From an uncultured archaeon (lineage in GTDB: Archaea > Aenigmatarchaeota > Aenigmatarchaeia > GW2011-AR5), in contig CAYJVT010000002.1 in NCBI GenBank assembly GCA_964373695.1, positions 9,448 to 73,447 on the forward strand: a stretch of 64,000 nt of DNA, read 5' to 3'. Shown here one piece after another: positions 59,488 through 64,000 of this stretch. The notes under the pieces are model-generated. The model saw only the letters and a program-made list of their open reading frames with translations. It searched no databases and was not told the origin of the DNA. Position numbers and translations under genes: made by a program. The first letter of the stretch is position 1, and each line of letters begins with the position of its first letter.

Positions 59488-59888
59488 TTGGCCACCCTTT
59501 ACACGACAAAAAAGCATCCGGAGGGGGGTATTTTGTCTTCTCTACAGAGGAACATTGTTCCTTTGAGATGTCAAAGAGCTTCGCTCTTTGCACACTAAGT
59601 GAGATATATGTGTTTCCGAAAGTTATATTCCTTTGCAATTTTTCATTTTTTACCCAGACTAGACGTTTTTTGATTCATTCAGAATTAGTATGTAGTAAAT
59701 CGCCGAAACTCTCATATTGGATATGTCTGGTACATAACCTTGCCCACAGGCAAGGCTTGCCTGAGCATGGCAAATATGATTTCTATGGATAGCAGCAAAA
59801 ATTCCGCATGCAGGCTGTAGTAGACTGTTTTTGTCGTTTCTTATGTCAGGGATGGGCTTTTTTTATTCAGAATTAGACCGCAGTGAAT

Positions 59889-60329
59889 TTACACTTGTTC
59901 TAGTTCTCTCCTTCTTTCTTCAGCTTCCCAAAACTTTCCGTCTTCATCTACATCCATGAAAACCATCTCTTCCCCTATTTGCACTGCTTTCCGGACTTTC
60001 AGGGGATGCAAAATACCATAAACACGGGCACCACGATCATATGACGTAGACGGCTCTATATCCTTTCCTATGAAGTTTCGTCCGGCCAAAAGTAATGTAT
60101 CTAAAAACGTATTATAAGTTAGGCCGGAAGATAACATATATGCTGGATCTTTTATATCAGAATAACGAAATATTTGTCGCATCATTCGATTTCCCCACTT
60201 ATCATAGTTATTGGGGCCGCCGATTCTACTATAATCAGGCATGTCTGTCAAGAAATCAACTGCTCTGGCCCGTCTTTCGTAGCCTTTTTTAAAATCTCTT
60301 GCCATTTCTTTCAGTGTCATACGATTCAC
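59889..60329 (-). CDS. AT-rich orphan hypothetical protein
   Basis: 146-aa ORF with no motif. Confidence 0.6.
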   Translation of the reverse strand: MNRMTLKEMARDFKKGYERRARAVDFLTDMPDYSRIGGPNNYDKWGNRMMRQIFRYSDIKDPAYMLSSGLTYNTFLDTLLLAGRNFIGKDIEPSTSYDRGARVYGILHPLKVRKAVQIGEEMVFMDVDEDGKFWEAEERRRELEQV

Positions 60330-60952
60330 CTATATGTATATAGACTTGGTAATATTTAAAGATATACTTACTGTAAAGTAGTTATAATAAATATAAATAG
60401 CGGTACGTGGTTGTAGTAAATTTTTGTGTAATGAACGATAGAAGAAACGGCTGTTTTTGACTTCAGGCAGGTACATTATGTCGCCAGCCACGACCCTACT
60501 GCCGTCATATGCCCTTATTCCGACAACATGGTAGGTTCTGAAACCTAAAATAATAGAAAGGGGGCTTTTCCGGCCCACTGAATCAGTCTTCGTCGTCGAA
60601 TTCCCTTGTCGTATACATAGAACACCCCTCCATGCATCCGTTGCTTTTTCTTATGCACGCCCGTATTTAATGCTGAGGGCGTAACTCCCTCCGAGTGGGC
60701 GTATTTATATGCTAATCTACTCACTAATCTATCTTTTTTATTGAATAGTATACGTACATTACTTCCTTTAGTATATTTCATAAATTCTATATTCTTATGT
60801 GAGAGTTAGAAAAATCTTTAATATAATCTATAAAATATCTTTTTTATACATTATTTCATATAATAATATTTTTATATTTATATATTCTATTACACATATA
60901 GTGATAAAAATATATCCTATAATTAATTAAAAATATAAAATACAAAGAAAAT

Positions 60953-61201
60953 CTATCGCTTCTTTTTAGCAGCACTTGGCTTTTCATCACAGCACGCCTT
61001 CCACTTGCAGTGCTTGGCTGCACCTAGGAAGAGCATCGAAACGAAATATTGTGCTAGGATGTACCACGTCTCCGCACTGTTTGACAAAACGCCCCTGTTC
61101 ACGAACTGCTGGACGACGGCAGAGAAGAACAGGACTGCGAATACAGCGCCGAGGATGGCTGCCAGAACCGCATATCCCCACTGCTTCGGTGTCTTGCACA
61201 T
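60953..61201 (-). CDS. Small two-TM membrane protein
   Basis: Two hydrophobic helices and a basic tail. Confidence 0.7.
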   Translation of the reverse strand: MCKTPKQWGYAVLAAILGAVFAVLFFSAVVQQFVNRGVLSNSAETWYILAQYFVSMLFLGAAKHCKWKACCDEKPSAAKKKR

Positions 61202-61212
61202 CTATATCACTA

Positions 61213-61518
61213 TCACTTTTCCGGCTTTTTTCTCGGCTTGAGTTTCGAGAATCTCCTCATGACGGCCTCGAAATCATTGGCGAGGTCCATCCCATCCTGC
61301 GTGAGCTTCACGTATTTTATCCGGCCCTGCTTGTCAAAATCCACCACACCCATGTCCTTGAATATTTCCAGCAATTTCACTGTGTGCGAGTACGTGCAAT
61401 CGGTTTCCTTCGCCAATATAGATACATATTTTGGCCCGGCACCTATTTTTATGTTTAAGAGAAGGCGAACAGGCTTTTTTCTGATGAAAAATTCTTCAGC
61501 ATCCATTTTCGGCGTCAT
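61213..61518 (-). CDS. MarR-like winged-helix protein
   Basis: YVSILAKETDCTYSHTVKLL...KQGRIKYVKLT. Confidence 0.85.
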   Translation of the reverse strand: MTPKMDAEEFFIRKKPVRLLLNIKIGAGPKYVSILAKETDCTYSHTVKLLEIFKDMGVVDFDKQGRIKYVKLTQDGMDLANDFEAVMRRFSKLKPRKKPEK

Positions 61519-61757
61519 AAGATACCTGATAAGTGTATGGATTTCCTCCTTTATATATTTTATCAGTTACAAATATTTTTTTGAATTAATGTTTCTTGAA
61601 ATATCTTATATATAATATTTTTTAAGATATATATTATATTCCTTACTTTATATCTTTTCGTATATATCGTATCCTATGTTATATATAACATTTTACATGA
61701 TATATATTTTATATAGATTTCTACCCTCTTTTTATTGAAGTCTGATTAATTATTCCA

Positions 61758-61961
61758 ATGGAAATAACTCTCCAGCCCCTGCGAAGGATGCTGAAAAATG
61801 CCGGAGCCAAGCGAGTGTCCGACAAGGCGGCCGAAGAACTCGGCCTCGTTCTAGAAGAAAGGGCCGTGAAAATGCTCGATGTGGCCAGGAAACTGTCAGA
61901 ACATGGAGGAAGGCGAACCGTGATGAAACGCGACATAAAACAGGCAACAAAACATCAATAA
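61758..61961 (+). CDS. Archaeal histone (HMf family)
   Basis: PLRRMLKNAGAKRVSDKAAEEL...HGGRRTVMKRDI. Confidence 0.93.
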   Translation: MEITLQPLRRMLKNAGAKRVSDKAAEELGLVLEERAVKMLDVARKLSEHGGRRTVMKRDIKQATKHQ

Positions 61962-62018
61962 GGGTAATCCATCCGTAATTTATTTTTCGATTAAATAATT
62001 TCACGTATAATTATCATC

Positions 62019-62966
62019 ATGATAACGGACATAATACAAAAAATTTCTTCCGAGACCGGCATACCAGAAAGCGAGGTAAAGGATAAAATAGAGGAAAAGA
62101 AGATAGAGCTTTCCGGCATGATATCGGACGAAGGCGCCGCATACATAGTCGCAAAGGAACTTGGCATAACTGTAAGAAAAATCCAGAGGCTTAAAATAGG
62201 AAACATAATCATGGGCATGCAAAATGTCGATGTCATAGGAAAAATTGTGAGGGTTTCGGAAAAAGAATTCGAAAAAGACGGGAACAAAGGGAAAGTTATG
62301 TCCGTCATCCTTGGCGACGAAACTGGAATCATACGTCTTTCCCTGTGGAACGACGAAATAGACAAATTCTCAGGTTTTGGCCGGGGAGATACAGTGCATG
62401 TGAGAGGGTTCGTAAAAGAAGGCCTTTTCGGTCCAGAGCTTAGACTTGGAAGATACGGCACGCTTTCGGGAAGCGACGAAACCATACCGGACGTTTTGGA
62501 GAAAAAAACCGAGTATGAAAGGTCACCAATATCGGATCTCAGGGAAGGCCAGTACAGGCAGATACTGGCACCTATAGTGCAGGTTTTTGGCGGAAACATA
62601 TTCTATGAGATATGCCCTATATGCAAAGGCAGGGCCAAAGAATGGAAGTGCCAGGAGCATGGGGACATACAGCCCGAATACGGCCTGGTAGTTTCAGGGA
62701 TTACCGACGACGGCACTGGAAACATACGCATAGTGGCATTCAACGACGCTGCGGAGAAGATTATAGGGATGAGCAAATTCGAGGCCAAACGGCTCTTCGA
62801 CATAAAGAAAAAAATGGAAGCCGTCATAGAAAAAATACCTCTCGGCCGGGAGCTCATGATAGACGGGCGCGTGAGCAGGAACGCGCTTTTCGACAGGTTG
62901 GAATTTGTGGTCAACGATGTCAACGGCATCGACATAAAGAAGGAAATAGAGACGCTTTTGGCATAG
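62019..62966 (+). CDS. rpa: Replication protein A / OB-fold ssDNA-binding protein with Zn ribbon
   Basis: LGDETGIIRLSLWN OB fold; CPIC...CQEH; DDGTGNIRIVAF. Confidence 0.9.
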   Translation: MITDIIQKISSETGIPESEVKDKIEEKKIELSGMISDEGAAYIVAKELGITVRKIQRLKIGNIIMGMQNVDVIGKIVRVSEKEFEKDGNKGKVMSVILGDETGIIRLSLWNDEIDKFSGFGRGDTVHVRGFVKEGLFGPELRLGRYGTLSGSDETIPDVLEKKTEYERSPISDLREGQYRQILAPIVQVFGGNIFYEICPICKGRAKEWKCQEHGDIQPEYGLVVSGITDDGTGNIRIVAFNDAAEKIIGMSKFEAKRLFDIKKKMEAVIEKIPLGRELMIDGRVSRNALFDRLEFVVNDVNGIDIKKEIETLLA

Positions 62967-62990
62967 CGAGATTTTTAACGGGGTGTGTGT

Positions 62991-63980
62991 ATGGCGAAAA
63001 AAAATCAAGAGGAAGAAAAAGTTTCTGAAACAGTGGAAACGAAGGAAATAACCATAGAGGACCTTCCAGGCGTCGGGCCAAAAGGCGCTGAGAAGCTCAG
63101 GCAGGCCGGCTATACAGAACTTCTTTCCATAGCATCTGCTTCTGCAGGGGACATAGTTGCCGCATGCGACATAGGCGATGCCACTGCCGACAAGATAATA
63201 GCCGCGGCCAGGCAGATGGCGGACGTAGGTGGATTCAAGTCCGCGTATGAAGTTCTTGACAGAAGAAAGGAGATAGGCAAAATAACCACGGGAAGCAAAT
63301 CCCTCGATGCGCTTCTTGGTGGCGGCGTCGAAACACAGGCAATAACCGAGGCTTACGGAGCATTCGGTTCCGGCAAGTCGCAGCTGGGATTCCAGCTTGC
63401 AATAAACGTGCAGCTGCCGAAGGCGGACGGTGGCCTCAACGGAAAATGCATATTCATAGACACTGAAAGCACATTCAGACCGGAAAGGATTATTCAAATG
63501 GCCGAGATCCGCGGCCTTGAGCCGAAAAAGGTCCTCAAGAATATTTTCGTCGCGAAGGCCTACAATTCGGACCATCAGGTAGTTCTGGCTGAAAAAGCAA
63601 AGGATATGATAAAACAAGATGATATAAAGCTTGTCATAATAGACTCCCTCATGTCGCATTTCAGGTCGGATTACTCGGGACGGGGGGAGCTTGCGCCCAG
63701 GCAGCAAAAACTTAACAGACACCTGCACGCACTGCAGAAAACGGCCGACGTCCACAACATCGCAATATACATAACAAACCAGGTGATGGCGAGGCCTGAC
63801 ATGATGTTCGGCGACCCGACGGCTGCTGTAGGCGGCCACATACTCGGGCATGCCAGTTCTTACCGGATGTATTTGCGAAAAAGCAAAGGCACCAACAGAA
63901 TAGCACGCCTGATAGACAGCCCTTCCTTGCCGGAAGGAGAAGCCGTGTTCACCGTGACCGAAGGCGGACTAGGAGATTGA
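62991..63980 (+). CDS. radA: DNA repair recombinase RadA
   Basis: LPGVGP Hh[10 protein letters not shown] Walker [19 protein letters not shown]. Confidence 0.98.
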   Translation: MAKKNQEEEKVSETVETKEITIEDLPGVGPKGAEKLRQAGYTELLSIASASAGDIVAACDIGDATADKIIAAARQMADVGGFKSAYEVLDRRKEIGKITTGSKSLDALLGGGVETQAITEAYGAFGSGKSQLGFQLAINVQLPKADGGLNGKCIFIDTESTFRPERIIQMAEIRGLEPKKVLKNIFVAKAYNSDHQVVLAEKAKDMIKQDDIKLVIIDSLMSHFRSDYSGRGELAPRQQKLNRHLHALQKTADVHNIAIYITNQVMARPDMMFGDPTAAVGGHILGHASSYRMYLRKSKGTNRIARLIDSPSLPEGEAVFTVTEGGLGD

Positions 63981-64000
63981 CATATAAATAATAAAAATTG

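Noticed and set aside
60893-60903. CACATATAGTG, matching the left arm of the hairpin element
   Set aside because: No complementary right arm, and the match lies in very AT-rich DNA where chance hits are likely
62694-63851. 385-aa minus-strand ORF
   Set aside because: Antisense shadow of rpa and radA
1-64000. CRISPR array, cas genes, rRNA, transposase or integrase
   Set aside because: No regularly spaced repeats or recognisable motifs found

Overview
Archaeal chromosomal window, most consistent with a reduced DPANN-type archaeon (inference from gene content, tRNA-Ile(UAU), many non-canonical tRNA introns and hypothetical surface proteins). Housekeeping genes: pelota, thermosome, NMD3, aIF-1A, Dim2/KH, top6B and top6A (each with an intein), endA, a CBS-HPF protein, glyS, pheST, leuS, alaS, minD, slyD, ftsZ-secE-spt5-rpl11-rpl1-rpl10-rpl12, dCMP deaminase, histone-RPA-radA, and six tRNAs that all carry introns. 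The accessory left third holds the most striking candidate system. A 1694-aa five-TM membrane protein carries three PKD/Ig-like repeats, a basic helical stalk, an outer module and a lytic-transglycosylase (SLT) domain. That outer module is also the body of four tandem paralogous lipoproteins, and a type IV pilus locus lies nearby; together these may form a host-attachment/cell-wall-breaching apparatus. Also seen: a ~50-bp hairpin in two copies with compensatory changes and a conserved bulged A, one lying next to an apparent empty site; a GC-rich island; an EndA that seems to lack the canonical catalytic Lys; and a frameshifted DUF296 pseudogene. Family calls are from motif recognition only; no database searches were run.
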